Source of the DNA: an uncultured Candidatus Saccharibacteria bacterium
GTDB lineage: Bacteria > Patescibacteriota > Minisyncoccia > UBA6257
Assembly (NCBI GenBank): GCA_964647525.1
Contig: CAZYGB010000001.1
Span: 1-31,783, forward strand
Direction: 5' to 3'
DNA: 31,783 nucleotides
In this document: in pieces, positions 15,900-25,851 of the stretch
Numbering within the stretch: position 1 is the first letter of the stretch
Layout of the letters: every line of letters starts with the position of its first letter
The notes under the pieces: generated by a model
Told to the model about the DNA's origin: nothing
Database searches by the model: none
What the model saw: the letters and a program-made list of their open reading frames with translations, nothing else
Program-made: the position numbers and the translations under genes

Positions 15900-16889
15900 A
15901 TGAATAAAGAAAATATTAAAAAAGGCAAAATTGTTATTTATCAAACTGCTACAAAGGAGATGGAGCTAAGGGTGTATTTTGAAGGGGAAACTGTTTGGCT
16001 CAAACAAGACGAGATAGCTAAACTCTATAGCAAAGAGCGTTCGGTAATTACCAAGCATATTAATAAAATTTTTACGGATAAAGAGGTTGATAAAAAAAGT
16101 AATGTGCGTTTTTTGCACATTGCTGGATCTGATAAACCAGTAGCATTTTACAATCTAGATGTGATTTTGGCAGTTGGATATCGTACAAATTCAGCACGAG
16201 CTATTCATTTTAGAAAATGGACGACAAATATTTTAAAAAAGTATCTCTTACACGGTTATGCCATTAACGAAAAACGGCTTTTTGAAGTACGGGGAAAATT
16301 TAAAGAATTGCAAACTGTAATTTCTTTTTTGCAACAAAAATCGCAAAAGGAGTTATTATCCGGACAAGCAAGTGAGATTCTTAATTTACTCTCAAGTTAT
16401 GCCAAAACCCTAACTTTATTGGGAGAATATGACAAAAGAAAATTAAGAGAGATAAAGGGAAGGAAAGCAAAATTTGTTTTAAAGTATGAAAAGTGTGAGC
16501 GCATTATTAGTGAAATTAAAAAAGAACTGATTAAGAACAAAGAAGCCAGCAATCTCTTTGGTCAAGAAACAGGCGGAGGATTTGAGGGAATTATCAAGGG
16601 ATTATATCAAACATTTAGAAGAAAAGAATTATATCCAACAATAGAAGACAAGGCGTCACATTTACTTTATTTAACAATTAAAGACCATTACTTCACTGAC
16701 GGGAATAAGCGTATTGGTTCGTTTTTGTTCGTTTATTTTCTGGACAAGAACAATTATCTTTACCGCAAAAATGGCGAAAGAAAAATAAACGATAATGCCT
16801 TGACAGCACTGGCGCTTTTAATTGCTGAAAGCGACTCCAAAGAAAAAGATATTTTAATCAAGATAATCACCAATCTGATGAGCGATTAA
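15900..16889 (+). CDS. RhuM-family/Fic-Doc domain fusion protein
   Basis: RhuM-like N-terminus (ETVWL, YNLDVILAVGYRTNS.RA..FRKW) and Doc-type motif HYFTDGNKR. Confidence 0.85.
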   Translation: MNKENIKKGKIVIYQTATKEMELRVYFEGETVWLKQDEIAKLYSKERSVITKHINKIFTDKEVDKKSNVRFLHIAGSDKPVAFYNLDVILAVGYRTNSARAIHFRKWTTNILKKYLLHGYAINEKRLFEVRGKFKELQTVISFLQQKSQKELLSGQASEILNLLSSYAKTLTLLGEYDKRKLREIKGRKAKFVLKYEKCERIISEIKKELIKNKEASNLFGQETGGGFEGIIKGLYQTFRRKELYPTIEDKASHLLYLTIKDHYFTDGNKRIGSFLFVYFLDKNNYLYRKNGERKINDNALTALALLIAESDSKEKDILIKIITNLMSD

Positions 16890-16962
16890 ACGTGATGCCC
16901 TATAAAAATTATCGAATTATTGGACGCTCATATAGTTGAAAACTAGGAAAAGTACTAAATCT

Positions 16963-16991
16963 TTGACTTTTATATAAATTTCTGCTTTAAT
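16963..16991 (+). promoter_or_regulatory. Sigma70 promoter heading the long downstream gene run
   Basis: TTGACT-N17-TTTAAT with TG upstream of the -10. Confidence 0.55.
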
Positions 16992-17031
16992 GAGTATATA
17001 TATTAAGAATTAAAAGCTACAATATATCAAT

Positions 17032-18138
17032 ATGAAACAAGCATCTTCCTCGTTCCTATCAGACCCCAGAAAGCTATCAGGGGCTCTTATTAGCGTCTTA
17101 TCTACTCGCTCCCAGACTATCGTGAAAAAAAGATTCGGTTTGGATAATAATCATCCTCAAACCCTCCAACAGGTAGGGGATGTTTATAATATTACCAGGG
17201 AGAGAGTGCGTCAGATCATTGAATCTTCTCTTCTGATCATTAAGAAAAAAGCTTCCTTGGCGGAAGTAAATGATTTTTGGAAGGAAATTGTCACTCTTTT
17301 GGAAAAGAGTGGGGGAATTGAGGAAGAAAAAGAATTATTTATTCGTTTGGAAAAAGAGCATTCTTTAATAAAAGGGAAAGAAGCAGCAGTAAATTTTTTA
17401 CTGTTTCTTTCATCTGATATAGTTCTTGAAAAAGAAGACGGTAATTGTAACAGTTTTTGGCATCTCACATCTAAAAAGAAAGGGGAGCTGGTAAAAAGAA
17501 TGAAAACAATAGAGAAATATTTTGTCCAGAACAAAATACCTATGTCTCTAAAAGAAATTGTTCAATTAGCGGAGAAGAAATTAATACCTGCTCTAACATC
17601 TACGGAATTGATCGCCTACTTAAAAGTATCCAAAAAGATAGGGATGAATCCTTTTGGGGAATATGGAATTTTGGCTTCTTCAGAGATAGAACCAGCCGGA
17701 ACAAAAGATCGGGCCTATGTTGCAATGAAGCATTATCAAAAACCCTCGCACTTTTCTGAGATTGCTGATCTTATTAACCAATCCAAAGGATTACCTGTTT
17801 CTCCTACCTTGCTTTCATCAGCTTGGTTAAAGACAGTAAAAGTTCAGACGGTACATAATGAGCTGATAAAAGATGAACGCTTTGTGTTAATTGGAAGAGG
17901 AATTTATGCATTACGGGATTGGGGGTACAAGCCAGGAAGAGTGGTTGATGTCATTAAAGATATCCTTAAGAAAACTAACCGGCCTTTAACCCAGGAAGAA
18001 ATCATTAAAAAAGTTAAGGAGCAGCGTTTTGCGAAAGACAATACGATTGTTCTCAATCTTCACAACAAGAAGTATTTTAAAAAACTTCCCGATAAGTGTT
18101 ATACATTAATAAGATCTCATAAAGTTTTAGAGATTTAA
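17032..18138 (+). CDS. Sigma70 region-4 HTH plus HARE-HTH (RNAP delta-like) protein
   Basis: RFGL...TLQQVG..YNITRERVRQI at the N-terminus; VHNELIKDERFVLIGRGIYALRDWG and a further wHTH at the C-terminus. Confidence 0.75.
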   Translation: MKQASSSFLSDPRKLSGALISVLSTRSQTIVKKRFGLDNNHPQTLQQVGDVYNITRERVRQIIESSLLIIKKKASLAEVNDFWKEIVTLLEKSGGIEEEKELFIRLEKEHSLIKGKEAAVNFLLFLSSDIVLEKEDGNCNSFWHLTSKKKGELVKRMKTIEKYFVQNKIPMSLKEIVQLAEKKLIPALTSTELIAYLKVSKKIGMNPFGEYGILASSEIEPAGTKDRAYVAMKHYQKPSHFSEIADLINQSKGLPVSPTLLSSAWLKTVKVQTVHNELIKDERFVLIGRGIYALRDWGYKPGRVVDVIKDILKKTNRPLTQEEIIKKVKEQRFAKDNTIVLNLHNKKYFKKLPDKCYTLIRSHKVLEI

Positions 18139-19343
18139 TGTCTTTTTTTACTTTTTGTAAGCTCTTACTTCGAGAGTTCTGGTGGTTGATTATTCCTTTG
18201 GTGTTAGGAAAGGTTTTTTTTAATTTAAGAAAGGTTCAACGAAAGAAGAACAAAGCCGAAAAAGAAGAAGTAAAGGATTGGATGTGTTTGGAAATAAAGG
18301 CCAATAGGGAGATTTTGCAGACGCCAAAAGCAATGGAACAAGTACTGGCAGGGCTCCATTCCATTGAAAAAGGAAGAATTAGCTTAGAAGTAGTAGGTGT
18401 TCAAGGGGCTGTCCACTTTATTGTTAAAGCCCCCCGGGAATACAAGACTTTGGTAGAATCTCAATTTTATGCCCAATATCCGGAATTAGACATTAAAGAA
18501 GTTGATGATTATTTTACTTCTCTCCCGTCTTATCTGCCTGATAAAAATTTTGATCTTTGGGGAACAGAGATAGGATTAGCCAGGGAGAATCCTTATCCTA
18601 TTAAAACATATCCATATTTTGAGGGCCCCAAGGAAGAAAAAACGATTGATACCTTAGCCAGTTTGATTGAATCTACTGCCGGGCTTCAACCGGAGGAGGA
18701 AGTAGTTCTTCAGATAATCATTCAGCCGCTTAAGAAAGAGGTTATGGCCAAACAACAAAAAGAAGGAGGACAGCTGATTAAAGTGATGCTTGGGGAAGAA
18801 GAATCAAAAACAAGTTTTAGTGATTGGGTTATTGCCTTTTTCAAAAATCTTTTGGTGGCAGTAGTAGTACTTCCTACCTGGCCTGGGGATGAGGAAAAGA
18901 AAACAACTATTGCTCTTAGTACTTCTCTGCCGGGAAAAGAAGTGGCTAAGGAGGTGGAGGCAAAAATGGCTCAATTATCCTTTTCCACCACCATTCGGGC
19001 TTTTTATTTATCACCCCGGAAAATATATAACGAATCATCAATTATTCCTCTTCTGGCATATTTCAAACAATTTAACACAGAGAACCTCAATGCTTTTCAG
19101 GTAAACACTGAGATGTCTACGAAAGTCAAAGCATTGTTCTTCCAAGAAAATAAATTACGATTAAAGAAATCAGATTTTTATCAAATGGCCCGAAAAAGAG
19201 CTATCTCTTCTGCCGCAATTGTTTTGGATTTAGAAGAGTTAGCTACAATTTATCATATTCCTGTTCGTAAAGTTAAAGGGCCGACCTTAACTCGTGCCCT
19301 GAGTAGAAAAGGGGAACCACCGGTGGGATTACCAGTGGGATAA
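18138..19343 (+). CDS. Membrane-anchored conserved hypothetical protein, partner of the downstream ATPase
   Basis: N-terminal TM helix, PKAMEQV, YAQYP..DI.EV.DY, YPIKTY, ELATIYH motifs; only 9 nt before the ATPase. Confidence 0.75.
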   Translation: MSFFTFCKLLLREFWWLIIPLVLGKVFFNLRKVQRKKNKAEKEEVKDWMCLEIKANREILQTPKAMEQVLAGLHSIEKGRISLEVVGVQGAVHFIVKAPREYKTLVESQFYAQYPELDIKEVDDYFTSLPSYLPDKNFDLWGTEIGLARENPYPIKTYPYFEGPKEEKTIDTLASLIESTAGLQPEEEVVLQIIIQPLKKEVMAKQQKEGGQLIKVMLGEEESKTSFSDWVIAFFKNLLVAVVVLPTWPGDEEKKTTIALSTSLPGKEVAKEVEAKMAQLSFSTTIRAFYLSPRKIYNESSIIPLLAYFKQFNTENLNAFQVNTEMSTKVKALFFQENKLRLKKSDFYQMARKRAISSAAIVLDLEELATIYHIPVRKVKGPTLTRALSRKGEPPVGLPVG

Positions 19344-19352
19344 AATATATTC

Positions 19353-20918
19353 ATGGAAAACATAAACAACATTGGTATAACCAATTATCGCAACAGCTAT
19401 CAGCGATTTGGTATTAAAGATGACGACCGCCGCCGCCATATGTATGTTATCGGAAAAAGTGGAGCCGGAAAAACAACAATGTTGGAGAATATGGCTTGCC
19501 AGGATATTATGGCTGGCAAGGGGATAGGGGTCATTGATCCCCACGGAGAGTTAATTGAACGTTTGCTTCATTTTATTCCTCCGGAGAGAGTAAATGATGT
19601 TATCTATTTTAATCCCAGTGATATAGAATGGCCTATTGCCTTTAATGTTATTGAAAAGGTCCCCTTGGAATTACGCCATTTGGTAGTAGCCGGTTTAATG
19701 GGGGTGTTTAAAAAAATCTGGCCTGATGTTTGGTCTTCCCGAATGGAATACATTTTGAATAACACCCTGTTAGCTTTATTGGAATATCCCCAGGCTACTA
19801 TTTTAGGAGTCAACCGGATGTTAGCTGACAAGGATTTTCGGGAACAGGTATTGAATTATGTGACAGATGTGGTTGTGAAAGCTTTTTGGCAAAAAGAGTT
19901 TAATCGTTATTTTGATCGTTATGCTACAGAGGCTATTGCCCCTATTCAAAACAAGATAGGGCAATTTATTTCTAACCCTTTAATTCGTAATATTGTTGGA
20001 CAGCAGGAATCAAAGTTGGATATGCGCAGTATTATAGATGGAAATAAAATTTTCTTGGCTAACGTATCCAAGGGATTAATCGGGGAAGATAATTCTATGC
20101 TTCTGGGTGCCCTTTTGGTCACTAAATTGCAATTAGCAGCAATGTCCCGGGTAGATGTGCGAGAAGAAGAAAGAAAAGATTTTTATCTGTACATTGATGA
20201 ATTTCAAAACTTTTCCACGGAGTCGTTTGCCAATATATTCGCTGAAGCCAGAAAATATCGATTGGATTTGATCTTGGCCCATCAATATATTGCCCAGCTT
20301 AATGAGAAAGTGCGTGATTCCATTTTTGGTAATGTGGGTACTTTGGTCAGTTTTCGTACCGGGCCAGAAGACGCTGAATTTTTAGAGAAATATTTCTTTC
20401 CTGATTTTACCGAGGAAGACTTGATCAATCTACCTAATTACAATTTCTACATTAAATTAATGATTGATGGATTTCTTTCCAAAGGATTTTCTGCTATGAA
20501 TATTCCCCCTGCTATTTTACCAAAGCAATCTTCTTTGCAAGAGATAATTCAGCATTCCCGTCAATTATATTCCGTTCCCCGCAAGGAAGTGGAAGATGTT
20601 ATTGCCCATTGGGAATTCTTGGACTTTACTCCTTCTCCCTCCTCGTCCTCGGGTACAGGAGAGAGTGGGAAAACTAAGGAAGGATGGGCAGCAATTTGCA
20701 GTAAATGCGGCAAGCATATCATTGTTCCTTTTCGTCCCATACCTGGTCGGCCAGTATATTGCAGAGAATGCTTAACTGAGATAAGAGAAAAGAAGAAGCC
20801 GTCATCTTTTTCCCAATCAAAAACCGTTTCCCATTCTTCCCGTCCTATCTCTTCTGATACGGCTAAAATCCAAACAACGATTAAGAATATTTTCAAAAGA
20901 AAGATAGATGACCAATGA
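19353..20918 (+). CDS. VirD4/TraD (HerA/FtsK superfamily) ATPase with a C-terminal CxxC-x17-CxxC domain
   Basis: Walker A GKSGAGKT, IDPHG, Walker B LYIDEFQNF, EARKY, LAHQY; CSKC-17-CREC. Confidence 0.85.
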   Translation: MENINNIGITNYRNSYQRFGIKDDDRRRHMYVIGKSGAGKTTMLENMACQDIMAGKGIGVIDPHGELIERLLHFIPPERVNDVIYFNPSDIEWPIAFNVIEKVPLELRHLVVAGLMGVFKKIWPDVWSSRMEYILNNTLLALLEYPQATILGVNRMLADKDFREQVLNYVTDVVVKAFWQKEFNRYFDRYATEAIAPIQNKIGQFISNPLIRNIVGQQESKLDMRSIIDGNKIFLANVSKGLIGEDNSMLLGALLVTKLQLAAMSRVDVREEERKDFYLYIDEFQNFSTESFANIFAEARKYRLDLILAHQYIAQLNEKVRDSIFGNVGTLVSFRTGPEDAEFLEKYFFPDFTEEDLINLPNYNFYIKLMIDGFLSKGFSAMNIPPAILPKQSSLQEIIQHSRQLYSVPRKEVEDVIAHWEFLDFTPSPSSSSGTGESGKTKEGWAAICSKCGKHIIVPFRPIPGRPVYCRECLTEIREKKKPSSFSQSKTVSHSSRPISSDTAKIQTTIKNIFKRKIDDQ

Positions 20919-21940
20919 TGAAAAAGGTAGCAGTAGCCATATCGGGAGGGGTAGATTCTGCCGGAGCAGCTTTGCTTTTAATAAAAGAAGGGTATCAGGT
21001 AATAGGTGTTCACTTAAGTTTGGAATCTGCCTCTGAGGAAGGAAAAACATTATGCCAGCAATTAGGCATTCCATATTACAATTGGGATTTTCAGAAGGAA
21101 TTCAGAAAAGAAATCATTGAAGAGACAGTCAGATACTATGGAGAAGGGCTTACCCCCAATCCCTGCTCTCTCTGTAACAAGAAAATAAAATTAGGTTTGT
21201 TTTTGGAAAAGGCCTGTCGAGAACTTCAGGTTGATTATATTGCCACTGGTCACTATGCCTGCAGGAAAAAGCAGGGACAGTTTTATCATCTTTTTCAAGC
21301 CAGTGATAAAGCCAAGGATCAAAGTTATTTTCTTGCTCAGGTCAATCAGAAAATTCTGCAGAAACTTCTTCTTCCCTTAGGTAATTACAAAAAAGCGGAA
21401 GTGAGAGATATGATGCGGACTAACAACCTTTTGGTGGCAGACAGGAAAGAGAGCCAGAATCTTTGTTTTGTTGATGGTAATTTTTCTGACTTCTTAAAAA
21501 AATACCTACCGGTTCAAAGGGGAGAAATCAGGGACGAGAACAATAAATTGCTTGGCCATCATGACGGTGCTTGCTTTTACACCCTAGGGCAACGTTTATC
21601 TATAGGAGGATCAGGTCCCTATTATGTTGCTCAAAAAGATATTAAAAATAACATACTCATTGCTGTTAACAATAAGCAATCACACCTACTTTTCCATAAG
21701 GTCTTTTATGTCTCCGACAGGAACTGGATTTCAGATATTGTACCTTCATTTTCCTTGCCATTTTTAGTGCAAACGCGTTATCATTCTTCTTTCTCTTCAG
21801 CTATGTTGGAGAAAACTGTAAAAAAGGAAGTTATAAAAGTAATCCTAAAGAATCCTAGGGAAGATATTGCTCCGGGTCAAATTGCTGCTTTTTACAGAGA
21901 GGAGGAACTTTTAGGAGGAGGAATAATTAAAAAATTTTAA
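20915..21940 (+). CDS. mnmA: tRNA 2-thiouridine(34) synthase
   Basis: SGGVDS PP-loop, NPCSLCNKKIK, ATGHY, KDQSYFL, ESQNLCF, TLGQR, PGQ. Confidence 0.95.
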   Translation: MMKKVAVAISGGVDSAGAALLLIKEGYQVIGVHLSLESASEEGKTLCQQLGIPYYNWDFQKEFRKEIIEETVRYYGEGLTPNPCSLCNKKIKLGLFLEKACRELQVDYIATGHYACRKKQGQFYHLFQASDKAKDQSYFLAQVNQKILQKLLLPLGNYKKAEVRDMMRTNNLLVADRKESQNLCFVDGNFSDFLKKYLPVQRGEIRDENNKLLGHHDGACFYTLGQRLSIGGSGPYYVAQKDIKNNILIAVNNKQSHLLFHKVFYVSDRNWISDIVPSFSLPFLVQTRYHSSFSSAMLEKTVKKEVIKVILKNPREDIAPGQIAAFYREEELLGGGIIKKF

Positions 21941-23043
21941 TGTCTAAAAATAAAAAAGTTGTAGCTGTCATCTGCGGGGGGAGAAGTCGAGAACACGAAG
22001 TATCATTACAGTCGGCTTACTATGTTTTTAATAATCTCGACAGAAAGAAATATCAAAGAGTACTTTTGGGAATAGATAAAAAAGGACACTGGCATTTTGC
22101 TTCTTCTTATAATGATTTAGTCATTCAGAAAGAACCATTGGGGAAGATGAAAGACGGATTAGCAGAAGTGGTTTTGGTTAAAAAAGGGAAAGGGGTATAT
22201 GTTTTAAATTTAGGGCAAAAGAAAATTATTGGAAAGATAGATATATTCTTTCCACTTATTCATGGTCCTTATGGTGAGGATGGCTGCCTGCAGGGATATT
22301 TAGAATTACTTGGCTTACCCTATGTGGGAGCCGATGTTTTGGGTTCTGCCTTGGCAATGGACAAAGAATACACGAAGCGATTATTACAAGCGGAAAGCAT
22401 TCCTGTTACCCCCTTCATGGTTCTTTACCGAGGGGAATCAAAAAACAGAGAAAAAGCTAGAAAGATGGTTAGAAAATATAGATTTCCTCTCTTTGTAAAA
22501 CCAGCCTGTCTTGGTTCTTCCATAGGAATCAGCAAAGCATTTAATTTAAGAGAATTGAAAAAAGCGATAACCCTAGCTTTTCATTATGATAACAAGATTA
22601 TTTTGGAAAAAGGCATTAAAGGAAGAGAAATAGAATGTTCTGTCTTAGGCAATAAAAATCCCCAAGCTTCTCTTCCGGGAGAAATTAAGCCCCGGCATAA
22701 TTTTTATTCTTACGCTGCCAAATATTTAGATTCTAAAGGGGCGGATCTGCTTACTCCGGCTCTTCTTTCTGTTACTCTGACAAAAAAAGTGCAGCAATTA
22801 AGCCAGAAGGCATTTCAAGTACTATCATTAAAAGGAATGGCTCGTATTGATTTCTTTCTCTCATCTCGGGGAAAACTCATTGTTAATGAGGTTAATACTA
22901 TTCCTGGCTTTACCCAAATTAGTATGTATCCTAAGCTTTGGCAAGTTTCAGGGCTCAAATATTCTAAATTATTGGATAAACTGTTAAAATTAGCTGAAGA
23001 AAGCTATCAGGAAAAGAAGCTAAAATTTAATTACAAACAATAA
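21940..23043 (+). CDS. ddl: D-alanine--D-alanine ligase
   Basis: GGRSREHEVS, HGPYGEDG, GSSIG, FYSYAAKY, NEVNTIPG. Confidence 0.95.
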   Translation: MSKNKKVVAVICGGRSREHEVSLQSAYYVFNNLDRKKYQRVLLGIDKKGHWHFASSYNDLVIQKEPLGKMKDGLAEVVLVKKGKGVYVLNLGQKKIIGKIDIFFPLIHGPYGEDGCLQGYLELLGLPYVGADVLGSALAMDKEYTKRLLQAESIPVTPFMVLYRGESKNREKARKMVRKYRFPLFVKPACLGSSIGISKAFNLRELKKAITLAFHYDNKIILEKGIKGREIECSVLGNKNPQASLPGEIKPRHNFYSYAAKYLDSKGADLLTPALLSVTLTKKVQQLSQKAFQVLSLKGMARIDFFLSSRGKLIVNEVNTIPGFTQISMYPKLWQVSGLKYSKLLDKLLKLAEESYQEKKLKFNYKQ

Positions 23044-23053
23044 GTTAATTTCT

Positions 23054-23425
23054 ATGAAGATCTCTCTTAAAAAAATATTTTATAGCGTTCTTTTTGCTTG
23101 TCGGGGTATTAAATACGCTTTTTTACATCAGCAAAATTTTTTTCTAATGATTATAATCGCCATAGGGACGATAATCTTAGGCTGGTGGCTAGCTTTATCT
23201 TATTACGAATGGCTGATTGTTATCTTAATTATTTGCTTAGTTTTATCCTTAGAAATTGTGAATACTGCTTGGGAAAAAACCTTAGATTTTCTTGAACCGA
23301 ATTTTTCTGCTAAAATAAAGACAATCAAAGACTTGATAGCAGGAGCGATCGTTATTAGCGTTCTGGGCTCGATAGCTATTGGTGCGATCATCTTTCTACC
23401 TAAGCTTTTGAATTTTTTAAAATAG
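23054..23425 (+). CDS. dgkA: Diacylglycerol/undecaprenol kinase (DgkA family)
   Basis: Three TM helices with LEIVNTAWE and KDLIAGA. Confidence 0.8.
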   Translation: MKISLKKIFYSVLFACRGIKYAFLHQQNFFLMIIIAIGTIILGWWLALSYYEWLIVILIICLVLSLEIVNTAWEKTLDFLEPNFSAKIKTIKDLIAGAIVISVLGSIAIGAIIFLPKLLNFLK

Positions 23426-23435
23426 AGATTAATAA

Positions 23436-23996
23436 ATGAAGAAAAATTCTCAAGTCCAGCTGTTGAAAAACGAGATTAAAAGATTAAAAAAATTAGTCTA
23501 TCTTGATCCCTTAACCAAGATTTATAATCGGAGGGGGTTTTCAGAAATTGGTAGTCGCTATTTTCAATTTAACATTAAAGGAAAACAGAAACGTCGAAAG
23601 AATGAAATTTCTAAATTGACTATTATTTTTTTGGATATTGATGACTTCAAGAAGGTTAATGATAAACATGGTCATAATAAAGGAGACAAAGTGTTAAGAG
23701 CGTTTACTAGATTTCTTAAAAAGAATTTAAGAAAAACGGATATTATAGCACGCTGGGGAGGAGAAGAGTTTGTGGTATTGTTAGTTAATATATCGGAAGA
23801 TAAATCTAAACAAATTGTTCAAAAACTTTGCCGGAAAATATCCAAAAATAAAATGTCAGGGTTATATTTAACAGTGAGTGCAGGCTTAACTTTTCCTTGT
23901 AAAAACGAAAATCTATCCCAAGTTATCAATAGGGCAGACAAATTAATGTATCAAGCTAAAAAACAAGGGAAAAATATGGTCATAATCAGTAAATAA
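23436..23996 (+). CDS. Stand-alone GGDEF diguanylate cyclase
   Basis: DPLT..YNRR, DIDDFKKVND..GH..GD, RKTD I-site, GGEEF. Confidence 0.9.
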   Translation: MKKNSQVQLLKNEIKRLKKLVYLDPLTKIYNRRGFSEIGSRYFQFNIKGKQKRRKNEISKLTIIFLDIDDFKKVNDKHGHNKGDKVLRAFTRFLKKNLRKTDIIARWGGEEFVVLLVNISEDKSKQIVQKLCRKISKNKMSGLYLTVSAGLTFPCKNENLSQVINRADKLMYQAKKQGKNMVIISK

Positions 23997-24012
23997 AGTT
24001 TGATTAAATAAT

Positions 24013-25848
24013 ATGCTTTCTCAAAAAGACGAAATAAAAGACAAACTGGATATTGTAGAAGTCATTGGCCAGTATGTAAAATTACAGAAAGCGGGTTCTA
24101 GTTTTAAAGGACTTTGTCCTTTTCATCATGATAAAACTCCCTCCTTTTTTGTTTCTCCTCCCCGTCAGATCTGGCATTGTTTCGGTTGCGGAGCCGGAGG
24201 TGACATTTTTACTTTTATTATGAAGATGGAAAATGTGGATTTTCCTACCGCTCTGCGAATGTTAGCGGAGAAAGCAGGGGTAAAATTGAGATTTGAGAAT
24301 CCTCAGCGTCGTTCCGAAAAAGAAAAGCTTATTCAAATTAACGAATCAGCTTCTCAATTTTTTGAAAAAAATCTTTGGCAGAATCAAGAAGTATTAAAAT
24401 ATCTTCAGAAGAGGGGATTAGAGGAAGATATAATAAAATTATTTCATTTAGGCTGGGCCCCTGATGATTGGCGTAGTCTTCTTAATTATTTGACTAAAAA
24501 AGATTATCGGGTAGCAGATGTCATTGCTGCTGGTTTGGCTATCAATAAAGAAGAGCCTACCGAAATTAGTAATAGAACACAAAAAAGAGAAAGCAAGATT
24601 GAAAATTGTTATGATCGTTTTCGAAGTCGGATCATGTTTCCCATAAATGATTCTGTTGGTCATCACTGTGGCTTTACCGGAAGAGTCTTAAAGGGGAAGG
24701 ATCCAATGAAAACAGTTAGGGACATTGAACAGGTAGGAAAATATGTGAATACTCCTCAGTCTTTAATATTTAACAAGAGCATGCTTCTCTATGGTCTTTT
24801 TCAGAGTAAAAAATACTTGCATGACGAAGGATGCACTCTTTTAGTGGAGGGGCAGATGGATTTTCTGGCAGCTTGGCAGGCGGGAATTAAAAATGTTGTT
24901 GCTACCTCTGGTACAGCCCTGACTGATTCTCATCTGAATTTATTGAAGAGATACAATAAGAACCTTGTCCTAGGATTTGATATGGATGAAGCAGGTGAGA
25001 AGGCAGCAGAAAGGAGTATTGATTTAGCCTTAGCTAAAGATATGGAAGTAAAAATTCTTCTTCTCCCCCAAGAAAAAGATTTAGCTGATTATCTTTTGAA
25101 AAAGGAAAATCACGAAAAATTAAAAAAACTTATCGGACAGGCAGAACCAGTAATGGAGTTTTATTTTTCTCGGGCAAAAGAGCAGGGGGATAAAAATACT
25201 ATCAGTGGCAAAAAGAATATTGCTTCTTACTTCTTGCCTCGGATTAAAAAACTATCAAATGCTCTGGAAAGGTCTTTTTGGATAGAAAAAATGTCTCATT
25301 ACCTAGAACTTCCTGCCCGGGCCTTGGAAGACGAATTGAACAATTTGACTCTAGAGAGCCATAATCAATTGGATGAAAATGATAGCCTAAAAGCAATGCC
25401 TTCCGTTCAGTCTCGGATTGATATCCTGGTGGAAAAAATTCTTGCACTGCTGGTAACGCATTTTTCCCTTAAAGAACTAGCCTTACCTTATGAGCCTTAT
25501 TTTCCTGATTCTCAGCAACAAATATTTCAGCTAATTAAATCTTCCCATGACAAAAGTTCTTTTTTGAAAGAAAATATTTCTCAATTAGAAATAGATGAAT
25601 CTTTAGTCGATCAAATTAATCAACTTGCTTTACGCGGTGATTACGAGTCAGAAATGCTTGAGCAGTATCAAGTTTCAGTGGAAGAGGAGTTGAAAAATGA
25701 ATTGAAAGAATTAAAAACTGAAGCAGTAAAGGGGAAGTTAAAAAACTTAGGTAGTGATATTACGGAAGCAGAAAAAAATGGAGATCGTAATAAAATTAAG
25801 AAGCTTATGAAACAATTCGATCAATTATCAAAAAAATTAATATCTTAA
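24013..25848 (+). CDS. dnaG: DNA primase
   Basis: Zn finger CPFH...CFGC, FRSRIMFP, KYVNTP, TOPRIM VEGQMD, FDMDEAG. Confidence 0.96.
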   Translation: MLSQKDEIKDKLDIVEVIGQYVKLQKAGSSFKGLCPFHHDKTPSFFVSPPRQIWHCFGCGAGGDIFTFIMKMENVDFPTALRMLAEKAGVKLRFENPQRRSEKEKLIQINESASQFFEKNLWQNQEVLKYLQKRGLEEDIIKLFHLGWAPDDWRSLLNYLTKKDYRVADVIAAGLAINKEEPTEISNRTQKRESKIENCYDRFRSRIMFPINDSVGHHCGFTGRVLKGKDPMKTVRDIEQVGKYVNTPQSLIFNKSMLLYGLFQSKKYLHDEGCTLLVEGQMDFLAAWQAGIKNVVATSGTALTDSHLNLLKRYNKNLVLGFDMDEAGEKAAERSIDLALAKDMEVKILLLPQEKDLADYLLKKENHEKLKKLIGQAEPVMEFYFSRAKEQGDKNTISGKKNIASYFLPRIKKLSNALERSFWIEKMSHYLELPARALEDELNNLTLESHNQLDENDSLKAMPSVQSRIDILVEKILALLVTHFSLKELALPYEPYFPDSQQQIFQLIKSSHDKSSFLKENISQLEIDESLVDQINQLALRGDYESEMLEQYQVSVEEELKNELKELKTEAVKGKLKNLGSDITEAEKNGDRNKIKKLMKQFDQLSKKLIS

Positions 25849-25851
25849 CTT

